DNA of 61,428 bases, taken from contig NC_068989.1 in assembly GCF_001194135.2 (NCBI RefSeq), forward strand, positions 37,015,305 through 37,076,732, read 5' to 3'. Shown in pieces: positions 22,330 to 34,365 of this stretch (its first letter is position 1; each line of letters opens with the position of its first letter). The position numbers and the translations under genes are program-made. A model generated the notes under the pieces. That model did no database searches. It was given only the letters and a program-made list of their open reading frames with translations, and was not told the origin of the DNA. The stretch comes from Octopus bimaculoides (lineage: Eukaryota).

Positions 22330-23600
22330 TATTTTACTTTAGCAGCAGCATTGCTATATCCCAGGGTTGTAGTTTATTCAGCTCTAATCTTAATTGAATC
22401 TGTAATATATCCAAGTTAAGTAAATGTGACAGTTATTCAGATATTGCTTCATGACTTAACAAATACTCTTTATCTCTGACTCGATGATAAAGGATTATCT
22501 GGTCGCAAGTTTTATCAACAACTTGTGCATGAAGAATTCCTGGATAACAGAAAGCTATCCCAGATATTCTGTCATATACAATATTTACTCAGTGAAAATT
22601 CTATTGATCAAATGGTTTTTGGAACGTATTTTCATTTGAAATTGAACAGATTTTTGATAATCTGGAGTATATTTCACTTCCAAAACTTGCAGTAATGGTA
22701 TCTAAAGCTTTCATAGAAATATCAAAATCAAAATCTGTTTACTCGTCTGTGACACCCCCACACATTGACTATAACTGTAAAGTAGAATCTGCTTAAAGAT
22801 TAGTTTCACCCGCTCACCATTGCATGTTTAAAAAGAAACATTTTAACATTTAAAAAAAGAACATTTCAGTTCAAATCAATGATTGTGACGATACTTGTTG
22901 ACTGAAAACCCACTGGCCAGATGTTTTATATCTTTAACATAGTGTCTAAGAAACATTTTAGTTAACTCGCAAATAATATATCTGTTCTGAACTTTGTTAT
23001 TTCAAATCTGATATATTTATTCCACCGTCATTTTGTATTTTCTTAACTCAGTTTAGCTCCACTCGTAGCTGACTGAAAAAGTTATACGATGGTCTAAATC
23101 CAGGATTCAGAAACAACAACTTTCCTTCCATATTAATGGTTACAGCTATCTCTCTGTAATACCAGCAGGTTCTGAAGAAATTCTATTCCATCACCAATCG
23201 ATTGCATTAAAGAGTGTAATCTCCAATTTCAAGTATTCCTGTCTTTTGTAAATATCTTTAATTCACAGTTCACTGCTTTCTTTAATGTCAGATTGTACAA
23301 TTCAAGTATTGCCACATGTAAAAAAGAAAAAGAAAAACCTATTATATTCTCTTGTTAAAAATTGTTTTCACAGAATTTGAAATGGCATCTATTCTGTCTG
23401 TGTTTGTGATTGGCGATTTCAAAACAAATGTAAACAACATTGGTCTAAACAAGAACATTGTTGTTTTCTGGAACTGACAGAAAATAATTTTTCTTTTTGC
23501 CTTGAAGTCATTCTTTGTGATTAGAAAAGTGTTTGAACATTAATTGAGCAAAATATATCTATTGGCATATGCTTTCCCATGGAGATACATATATCAGCCT
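22330..23600 (-). pseudogene. Possible heavily decayed hAT-type transposase
   Basis: Minus-strand fragments GKAYAN (cf. GQGYDN), LTLKK...T*NWRLHSL (cf. LTLK..TRW.SR) and DFDISMKALDTITASF. Many stops, so the alignment is weak. Confidence 0.35.
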
Positions 23601-24204
23601 CAGCATATAGCCAATGATATCAATTCAATGCGTCCATGATAATACATTCATACAACTCAAGGCCATTCAAATACATATATTAAATGAAAAATGCAACACG
23701 ACAAGATTAGTGTTGTTTAACATATTTAACGTCAGAAACAAACTAACATATTCAATGAAATATAATTGTGCCATTAAAACATATTAAGTTACTTGAAATA
23801 AACACTATACTATAAATGACTAAATGGCTTCAACATTAATACTAAAAAAAAAAAGCAAACTTTAATCAAGAAACATTTGCTTTAATAAGTTCTCCACCTA
23901 AATACTTTAGATATCAAAACGTATCAACAGCTTGATTTAAACGTCATTTAAATATGTCAAACATAATCTAAAGATGGTACTGGAATTTTGGGCCTTTTTC
24001 CTATTAGTGTTTTGGTTTTGATCATATTGATCTTCATATCTCTGCATGGTTGATCAATTCAGGTCCAGAATTTTTATGCAGTTCTTTGAGAGAGGCTCCT
24101 AAAATTGGGTGCAGGTATAACTGTAGAGAAGGAGATAAAGACAGATAGATAAATAGAGATAGATGGATAGATAGATAGATAGATAGAGAATAAAAGGTAT
24201 AAAA

Positions 24205-24487
24205 TATAAATTTCACAGAGAGAATATAATTTAATTACTTTCAACAGCTGTTTCATTAGAAACAAGCATAATTAATTCTATAACTGTATTTAAAATAGCA
24301 ACGGTTTATGGTTAGCATAACTGTTAGCATTCCTGATCTGAGATAAGCACTGCTTGAAATTATTTTAATTTAAATAAATTTTCGTCTATTATGTATCTTA
24401 GCTAAGTAATTATAGAATTAATAATGCTTATTTCTAATGAAACAGCTGGAAACAGTAATTAAATTACGATTTAACTGTGAAATTTAT
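24205..24487. mobile_element. Fold-back/MITE-like element with ~80-bp inverted arms
   Basis: ataaatttcacag...taatttaattact...cagctgtttcattagaaacaagcataattaattctata versus the reverse complement at 24408-24487. Confidence 0.75.
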
Positions 24488-25314
24488 GCTTTTCTGCATT
24501 TTATTTCAAATATACATTTCTCTTATGGATCGTTTTAACCCATCATGTGCGTACATGCAAGATTTTCCCTGGATCTACAGTAGCGTTATAACGTGTTGCA
24601 GTTTAACGATCTGTGATTAATTGAGCTCTTAATTATCGTGGACATATATGTTTTGATGCTTTATGCATTATTGCTTTTATGTATATATATATAAATATAA
24701 ATATATGCACATATATAAGTTCATATGCATATTTATATACACATACATATATATATGCATAAACACATACATACACATACACACACATATATACATATAC
24801 ATATATATATATATATATATANNNNNNNNNNNNNNNNNNNNNNNNNNNNNNNNNNNNNNNNNNNNNNNNNNNNNNNNNNNNNNNNNNNNNNNNNNNNNNN
24901 NNNNNNNNNNNNNNNNNNNNNNNNNNNNNNNNNNNNNNNNNNNNNNNNNNNNNNNNNNNNNNNNNNNNNNNNNNNNNNNNNNNNNNNNNNNNNNNNNNNN
25001 NNNNNNNNNNNNNNNNNNNNNNNNNNNNNNNNNNNNNNNNNNNNNNNNNNNNNNNNNNNNNNNNNNNNNNNNNNNNNNNNNNNGATATGTAGATTTATAG
25101 AGCAGCTCATTAAAAACATCACAAAACAATTTGCTAATCTCGTTATTTGTTTCAACTTCGTATTTGTATCTGGTTTGTAAGGTTCTTCATGCGAATTCGT
25201 ATGTTGAAACGACTTTTCTTAGACACAATAAAATTTTCTTTTAACTAATATAGGTAAAATAAATTTTAAGAGGTATCCACTTAGTTCTTTAAAGAAACCC
25301 TTTCTCCTCCTAGA

Positions 25315-25935
25315 CAGGATCTTGCAGATAAATTGAAACGATTTTTACAATGCATAAACTGGTTATAAATACTAAAATAATGGTAGTTATACTTATTACA
25401 ACAAAAACATATATCACTCAATATGGCCACCCTTTTGGGAAATTACTGCCTCCACAAGAGAACGAAATCTTTTGCAGCTGCCGCATCCTCTGTCTGTTTG
25501 ATTTTGCGTGTCGCACGCACGATGCAGATCTTCAAACTGTTGACACTCGAGTGCGGTGAAGCATTAGTTCTTGCTTGAAGTACACCCCATGAAAAGTAAT
25601 ATAGAAAGTTGAGATCTGAGCTATTACTGGGCCAGATGTTAGCCCTCACAAAAAATTGTCTCACCAAGGAAGGCCTGTGTTGCTTTTGACCCATGACATG
25701 GTGCAGAATCCTGGATAAACACCACATTGTCAAACTTCTGCTCCATCCAAGGTGACAGAGTGTTCTTCAGGATGTTTAGATACTCCTTTGTGTCGATATT
25801 CAAGCCAGACTCAATGGAATGTGGATCTATAACATTTCCATCACTCGTCACGGCTCCAACTACCATTACAGAGACATAATTCTTAGTCTCAAACACAGTG
25901 GATTTTGGTAAAAATGAAGCGCAGGTGGTCATGCA
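25315..25935 (-). mobile_element. Tc1/mariner DD37D (maT-like) 3' fragment with probable right TIR
   Basis: VMVVGAVTSDG...YLNILK...FIQDSAPCH...WPSNSSDLNFLYYFSWG...VEAVISQKGGHIE*. TIR-like cagg...taaattgaaacgatttt at 25315. Confidence 0.85.
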
Positions 25936-25937
25936 GA

Positions 25938-26130
25938 TCCCTTTTTTGCAAGGCGAAGGAGCAGCGGAAATCCATGACGAGATGAAAGAAGTCTTAAAGG
26001 ATGGCTGCCCATCTTACTCCACAATGAAAATCAAGGCGTCAAGGTTTCGGAACCCAGGCCAGGACGGCTAACTTCTGAGGACAAAGCCGACGTTGAGCAC
26101 GCTATGATTATCGAGGACCGCCGGATTTCA
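25938..26130 (+). mobile_element. mariner (DD34D-type) N-terminal HTH fragment
   Basis: FLQGEGAAEIHDEMKEVLKDGCPSYSTMK...RF and GRLTSEDKADVEHAMIIEDRRIS. Confidence 0.75.
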
Positions 26131-26688
26131 GCTATTTAAAAAAAAAACATTTCATTTAATTTTTCCACCATTTAATTGTTTTTCTTGCTTTATTCTAAGT
26201 TGAAAAAGTCGAAAAGACTGAAACCGGGTACTAAAATGTTTTTCATGATAAAATTATTTTAGCATTTTCTACCTTGTCTTATTTTCCTTATACATATCAA
26301 CTCGTGTGTTACTTTTCAATCTTCTACTCACACATATAAATATGTATATTTATATATTATATATACATATATATATAAATAAATGTATATATATATATAT
26401 ACATATACACATATGTTCATATATATATATATATNNNNNNNNNNNNNNNNNNNNNNNNNNNNNNNNNNNNNNNNNNNNNNNNNNNNNNNNNNNNNNNNNN
26501 NNNNNNNNNNNNNNNNNNNNNNNNNNNNNNNNNNNNNNNNNNNNNNNNNNNNNNNNNNNNNNNNNNNNNNNNNNNNNNNNNNNNNNNNNNNNNNNNNNNN
26601 NNNNNNNNNNNNNNNNNNNNNNNNNNNNNNNNNNNNNNNNNNNNNNNNNNNNNNNNNNNNNNNNNNNNNNNNNNNNNNNNNNNNNNNN

Positions 26689-26731
<43 letters not shown>

Positions 26732-26743
26732 TAAAAACGCACT

Positions 26744-26784
<41 letters not shown>

Positions 26785-27476
26785 GCACATACATACGTAT
26801 ATTCCTGATCAAACCTTCGCTACACATAATTGTTCATAGAGAAACCAATACCAACCCTGATCTTCCTTAAAATGCCCTGAAACGCCTTTCGCGAACCATT
26901 CTTCTGCATCTAATTTCTCGACGCCAAACAGTCTACGTAGCGTGTAATCCTGTCAAATGTTTTCTCAACAGTGTCAAATATAGTTGTTTGATCTCATCTA
27001 AGAAATTCTCCTGTAATATTCTCTGTAGAAATATGACGTGTGGTTACACATTCTGACACATACTCAAACTGCATCTCATTTAGGAACTTTTTGCTATGTA
27101 ACTTACCCGAACCGATGTTATTATGTACTAAGTTCACACGAGAAATATTGAGTATGTTTTGAATTATTCAGAAATACAAATATATTTGAGTATACGAACA
27201 TAGGTTTGTGTATATGTGTGTTTGTATAAGTGGGGTGGTGCGTGCACACATGCATACACATACACTGGAACACATGCACACACGCACACATGTTTCGTAA
27301 TGTAAAAGTAGTAAAATATATTGAAAAATTTTCACATAATGCAAGCATTGTCGAGCATAGAATTCAACGCATTGGGTAGAGTAGACAGGCTTCTTTGAGT
27401 TACACACGGTGCTTGACTGTTAACGACTATCCTGAACAGCCGATCTCTGGGCGAAGCTCAGAGTACTCTGTTAAGT

Positions 27477-27528
<52 letters not shown>

Positions 27529-28178
27529 AACAATTTTAAATTTGGGTATACTCCTTGTAGTTAGCCATNNNNNNNNNNNNNNNNNNNNNNNNNNNNNNNN
27601 NNNNNNNNNNNNNNNNNNNNNNNNNNNNNNNNNNNNNNNNNNNNNNNNNNNNNNNNNNNNNNNNNNNNNNNNNNNNNNNNNNNNNNNNNNNNNNNNNNNN
27701 NNNNNNNNNNNNNNNNNNNNNNNNNNNNNNNNNNNNNNNNNNNNNNNNNNNNNNNNNNNNNNNNNNNNNNNNNNNNNNNNNNNNNNNNNNNNNNNNNNNN
27801 NNNNNNNNNNNNNNNNNNNNNNNNNNNNNNNNNNNNNNNNNNNNNNNNNNNNNNNNNNNNNNNNNNNNNNNNNNNNNNNNNNNNNNNNNNNNNNNNNNNN
27901 NNNNNNNNNNNNNNNNNNNNNNNNNNNNNNNNNNNNNNNNNNNNNNNNNNNNNNNNNNNNNNNNNNNNNNNNNNNNNNNNNNNNNNNNNNNNNNNNNNNN
28001 NNNNNNNNNNNNNNNNNNNNNNNNNNNNNNNNNNNNNNNNNNNNNNNNNNNNNNNNNNNNNNNNNNNNNNNNNNNNNNNNNNNNNNNNNNNNNNNNNNNN
28101 NNNNNNNNNNNNNNNNNNNNNNNNNNNNNNNNNNNNNNNNNNNNNNNNNNNNNNNNNNNNNNNNNNNNNNNNNNNNNN

Positions 28179-28228
<50 letters not shown>

Positions 28229-28946
28229 CACACACACACACACAACATACACGGAAAAACGGACGTATATTTATATCTAAATGTTTTTATGGTGGAGAAC
28301 TGTAAACACTTGCAAAAGCAAGTTGGATGTTACAACCTGAAGGAGAGAAAAATATGCACTTCAATGTTTCTGCTAATAATCTAGCAGTATTCTGTGGCAT
28401 CTACAGAACTGGATGTAAAAGCACTTTTAGTCTGCAATCCAATGAAGCAACAGAGAATCTCTGATGAAAATTCTTCATTAATTTTAAAAGTAACAACAAT
28501 CATTATTTTAAAAATGTTTCCGCTACCAAGCCTTAGGGACTAAACGTAAAATACCAGACGCGTGTACTTTAGAACATATTCTACATTTGTCTAAAAATAA
28601 GACACATGTATTAGAAAGTGTTTGATTAAAAATTCAAGATAAATTATTATTTTTTTTAGTTCTGATTAAAAAGATGTGAAAAAAAATGGGACAGTTTCAA
28701 AATGTGTATCAAGGGTTGATACGCGTCGCATATCAATACATGATGCACACACTACAAGACAAAGGTAGCAGCGTTTAACGGCATTTGTTCAAAGATTTCC
28801 AAAGGAAGGGGTCCAAAGATTTTCAAAGGAAGGGGTCCTAACCCCGAAATATCAAAATTCCAGGTAAAGCTGTCAACCTGAATTATTTTTATAACTTTCA
28901 TTGTTTGGCTTTTAAAAAAGTATATATTATCAAAGACCTTTATATA

Positions 28947-29594
28947 CAGGGCGCGATGCGTAAATTATCGCCGTTTTATATTTTTAATTTCGCGCATGCG
29001 CATTGTTTGTTTTTGATTTTGTCGACTACACAGTACAATATAGTCAGCTGGGCACTGTGTGTTAGAAAAACAGCACCATGACGCGATTCACTCTGCCAGA
29101 AATTTGAAAACGACATGCTGAAATGCTTGGCATTCGCGCCAGAAGCTCCAATACGAACATTTCAGAGTGTTTGGGTGTCTGACTGAGGACATGTACCGAC
29201 AGTGATAAAAATCAAGAATCCAGTTAACATATTGGCGTTTGGAGTGATCACTAGTGATGGCGACGTTATGCCTCCATTCATCTTTCCACACGGCCTCACA
29301 CTCAACACGGAGGCCTATATGAATTGTCTGGAGGAGGTAGTGCTGGCTTGAGTCAAGAGGATAGCTGCTAGAAGACCCTATGTTTGACAACAAGACTCTG
29401 TACCATGCTACACAAGAAGGGGAACCCAGTCGTGGCTGTCAGACAATTTCTGCGACCACATCACCCTTAACATTTGGCTACCTTACACCCCAAACTGCAA
29501 CCCCATTGATTATTATGTGCGAGGAGCAGTTGAGCGAGAGACAATAAAAACTCCTTGTAACACCAAAGATGAACTGAAGGCAAGGATTATGGAG
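28947..29594 (+). mobile_element. Tc1/mariner maT-like element, internally deleted and 3'-truncated
   Basis: TA|cagggcgcgatgcgtaaattatcgccgtttt left TIR. ATG ~29078 and a short N-terminus are joined to NPVNILAFGVITSDGDVMPPFIF...QQDSVPCY...W...PNCNPIDYYV.GAVE. Confidence 0.88.
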
Positions 29595-30039
29595 AGAAAA
29601 GTATGTCACTTAGACGGAAAAACGCACTACATAAAAACAGATCCGTTTCTCAAGGTAGAGGCAGGTACTTTTGAGTGAACACATAGAGAGATGTGCAGGG
29701 AATCGCCAACCAAGCATCACAGTTTTCCTTTTCTACTAGAGCAAAGAAACAATTTCTGTACAAGAACGTTTAAATAAAGAAAATTTATTTATCGAAAAAT
29801 ACAGAACACGCCTAAATATGAACGTATAACCAACTTTGGTCCCAGTATATATTTTAATATATTTTAATTCATGAGCATATATCTATCACTGTACATATTT
29901 CATCTCACTATTTTAGCTTATGAGTTTTTGTATGTTTATTTATCCCGCCTCCAAAACGAGCAATTACTTCCCTTGTCCCGAGTAATAATTATCACCAGTT
30001 ACCTATATATATATATATGTATGTGTATATATATACTCT

Positions 30040-30237
30040 TTACTGTTTTACTCTTTTACTTGTTTCAGTCTTTTGACTGTGGCCATGCTGGAGCAAAGCC
30101 TTTAGTCGAGCAAATCGACCCCAGGACTTATTCTTTGGAAACCTAGTACTTATTCTATCGGTCTCTTGTGCCGAACCGTTAAGTTACGGGGACATAAACA
30201 CACCAGCATCGGTTGTCAAGCGATGTTGGGGGGACAG
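30040..30237 (-). mobile_element. SINE family B, 3' half
   Basis: ttttacttgtttcagtc.tttgactgtggccatgctggagca...gccgaaccgttaagttacgggg...gttgtcaagc is shared with 32185, 36510 and 47850. Confidence 0.9.
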
Positions 30238-30324
30238 GGAGAATTCACGAAAAAACAACAGACGAAGACAGGTAGTGTAAATAACAAATGGATGTATTAG
30301 TATAACGCTCGGGAATCGAGAAAG

Positions 30325-30362
30325 TCTTTAACGTTTCGAACCTACGCTCTTTAACAGAAAGG
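30325..30362 (-). ncRNA. Hammerhead-like motif, paralogue of 19124-19160
   Basis: Minus strand CCTTT-CTGTTAA-A-GAGC-GTAG-GTTC-GAAA-C-GTT-AAAGA, inside a ~150-bp repeat similar to 19090-19205. Confidence 0.45.
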
Positions 30363-31144
30363 AACACAGAAAGAAACAAGGAGAGAAAATAATATNNNNN
30401 NNNNNNNNNNNNNNNNNNNNNNNNNNNNNNNNNNNNNNNNNNNNNNNNNNNNNNNNNNNNNNNNNNNNNNNNNNNNNNNNNNNNNNNNNNNNNNNNNNNN
30501 NNNNNNNNNNNNNNNNNNNNNNNNNNNNNNNNNNNNNNNNNNNNNNNNNNNNNNNNNNNNNNNNNNNNNNNNNNNNNNNNNNNNNNNNNNNNNNNNNNNN
30601 NNNNNNNNNNNNNNNNNNNNNNNNNNNNNNNNNNNNNNNNNNNNNNNNNNNNNNNNNNNNNNNNNNNNNNNNNNNNNNNNNNNNNNNNNNNNNNNNNNNN
30701 NNNNNNNNNNNNNNNNNNNNNNNNNNNNNNNNNNNNNNNNNNNNNNNNNNNNNNNNNNNNNNNNNNNNNNNNNNNNNNNNNNNNNNNNNNNNNNNNNNNN
30801 NNNNNNNNNNNNNNNNNNNNNNNNNNNNNNNNNNNNNNNNNNNNNNNNNNNNNNNNNNNNNNNNNNNNNNNNNNNNNNNNNNNNNNNNNNNNNNNNNNNN
30901 NNNNNNNNNNNNNNNNNNNNNNNNNNNNNNNNNNNNNNNNNNNNNNNNNNNNNNNNNNNNNNNNNNNNNNNNNNNNNNNNNNNNNNNNNNNNNNNNNNNN
31001 NNNNNNNNNNNNNNNNNNNNNNNNNNNNNNNNNNNNNNNNNNNNNNNNNNNNNNNNNNNNNNNNNNNNNNNNNNNNNNNNNNNNNNNNNNNNNNNNNNNN
31101 NNNNNNNNNNNNNNNNNNNNNNTATATATATATATATATATATA

Positions 31145-31967
31145 TGCGTATTCTGATCAATAAGCATCCAGACTGTTGCTATAGTAACGAAGCTAAACCA
31201 TGAAAAGTAAAGCTGCTTAGCACAGGTTGACCTTAACCTCTGCTGTGCATGCGCACAAAGTTTTGACATTCTAGCTTACTTTCGCTGTTTACAGCAGTGC
31301 TTGGAAGGAATGTGTGTAGCACGTGATCGTCGCATTGACCATGACAGAGAAAGTTGGACAAAGAACCTGCATCAAATTTTGCTAAAAGGCTGGCGATACT
31401 TGCTCAGAGACCTACGTAACGATTTAAAAAAGTTTTCATTGTTTTCGACGCATTCAAGATCTTGTGCAACTGAAACCCGAGAGACATTTTAGTCAGCTGA
31501 AAGCAGTTTTGATACAAACTTGGCAGACACGCTTCTCATACTCAAGTCTTCATTCAGTATTAATGGACTGAACTAAACCGTAAATAATTTTCACATCCCC
31601 TGATAACTTACGGGTGGTAATTCGACGATTTCCCCTCCCAGATGTATGCATATCTGCGATGTATTTCTCAGTTCTGCTAGTTATGGGTCTCCCAGAACGC
31701 TCGTGAATACCGACAAGTTTTCGGCCATCTTGGAAACGTCTGAACCCGTCGTACACTTGTGTGCGGCTCACACACTTCTCTCCATGCACTTTCTGCAGCT
31801 TTGCATAGGCCTCTGAGCAGGTATTGCAATGACAACTTTTTCTGTCATGGTCAATGCGACAATCACACGCTACACACCTTCCTTCCAAGCACCACTGTAA
31901 ACAGCGGAAGTGAGCTAGAACGTTAAAACTTAGTGCACATGCACAGCAGAGTTCAAGATCAATCTTG
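31145..31967. mobile_element. Palindromic non-autonomous mariner built from two inward-facing left ends
   Basis: Plus copy 31145-31410 (MTEKVGQRTCIKFC...). Minus copy 31967-31416 (MTEKV...AKLQKVHGEKCVSRTQVYDGFRRFQDGR...SGRPITS...RRITTR...RVSAKFVSKLLS). The arms are clearly homologous. Confidence 0.85.
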
Positions 31968-32184
31968 TATGCATGTATGTATGTAAGCATGTATGAATAA
32001 CAAAACAGGAAAATGGAAATATTTTGGTATTATTTATTCTCTACTGCACGTGTTTCATTTGCTAATAGGTATTACAGAGATTTACATGTTATATAGACAT
32101 GTAGGAAATTTCCTATTAGACATTCTGCAGGCAGAGAATATATATATGTATGTATATACACGTACATACATACATTCGTTTGTT

Positions 32185-32422
32185 ATTTTACTTGCTTCAG
32201 TCGTTTGACTGCGGCCATGCTGGAGTACCGCCTTGAAGTATTTTAGTTGAAGAAATCGATCTTAGAACGTATTATTTTAAAGCCTTGCACTTATTCTATC
32301 GTTCTCTCTATGCTGCACCGCTACTTCACGGGGACGTAAACACACCAACTCCGTTTGTCAAGCGGTGGTGGGGAACAAACATAGACATAAAGACACACGC
32401 AAGCACACACACACACACACGA

Positions 32423-32455
<33 letters not shown>

Positions 32456-32616
32456 ACGGGCTTCTTTCAGTTTCCATTTACCAAATCCACTCACAAGGCT
32501 TGGGCGGCCTGAGGCTATGTCAGAGGACAGTTGCCCAAGGTGCCACGCAGTGTGACTGAACCCAGAACCATGTAGTTGGGAAACAAGCCTCTTACCACAC
32601 AGCTACTCTCGTGCCT
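32185..32616 (-). mobile_element. SINE family B, full length with internal (CA/TA)n
   Basis: tRNA-like head (aggcacgagagtagctgtgtggtaagagg...ggttctgggttcagtcacac), ggcaccttgggcaa body, internal microsatellite and 3' half as at 30040. Confidence 0.9.
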
Positions 32617-32636
32617 AATAGGCAGCCTGCATAATT

Positions 32637-32948
32637 GGCACTCCGTCGATTACGACGACGAGGGTTTCACTTGATACGATTAACTGAATAGGCTGCTCGT
32701 AAAATTAAGATGCAAGTGGTTGAGCGCTCCACAGATACGAGTACCCTTAATAGGAAGATAGCGTGTGACACAGAATATGACAGGGGTGGTCCTTTGAAAT
32801 ACTGGTGCTACTCACTTTTGCCAGCTGAGTGGACTGGAGCAACGAGAAATAAAGTGATTTGTTCAAGGACATAGCGCACCTCCAGGAAACGAACTCATGA
32901 CCTTACGATGGTGAGCCGAATACCTTAACCACTAAGCTATGCACCTTC
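32637..32948 (-). mobile_element. SINE family C, full length
   Basis: tRNA-like head gaaggtgcatagcttagtggttaagg...gagttcgtttcc (A and B boxes) and body gctccagtccactcagctggcaaaagtgagtag. Confidence 0.88.
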
Positions 32949-33549
32949 AGCAAACACACACACACACACACACGCGCGTGCGCGTACACTTGATTATGAA
33001 CTTCTATAAATGTTCGCAACGTATGATTTTAGAAACCAGTAGAAAGTTGAATTGTGTTGTTCTGGCCATTATACACTGTCTTCTGTGCAAACACACACAT
33101 ACACAAAAAGATCCATCATTTCCATCACATATGCACATAAACATACAAACGAATTCACCCCATCACTATATACACATATCTATACACATACATACATATA
33201 CATATACTTACAAACTTACATACATACACATATATAATTGCACAAATGGAAACAGCAGCAACTATGGTATTATCGTTATCAAGAGATTATGAAAATTTGC
33301 AATATTTACCTTTCGAAAATCAATAAAAAGCAAGTAATATAAATTATATATAAATAAGGCCATCTAAGAGAATAGAAGAAAGTGTATTCATTGTCATAAT
33401 AGCCAGCTTTAAGTATTATCATATTTACAAATAATATTATAATGTTTATAGACTTTGGCTTTCTTCTAAACAAATTACTGCGGTATCTGTAAAGAATTAC
33501 TTGAACAATAAGACTCCCACACACACGCGCACATAAATACTCTCACGTG

Positions 33550-34365
<816 letters not shown>

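Noticed and set aside
28790-28837. 24-bp tandem duplication (similar 16-bp direct repeat at 45729/45758)
   Set aside because: Ordinary local slippage duplications with no associated element ends.
32880-32948. tRNA-like A/B boxes (also the heads of SINE-A and SINE-B)
   Set aside because: They run into multi-copy SINE bodies and lack a full cloverleaf, so they are SINE heads rather than tRNA genes.
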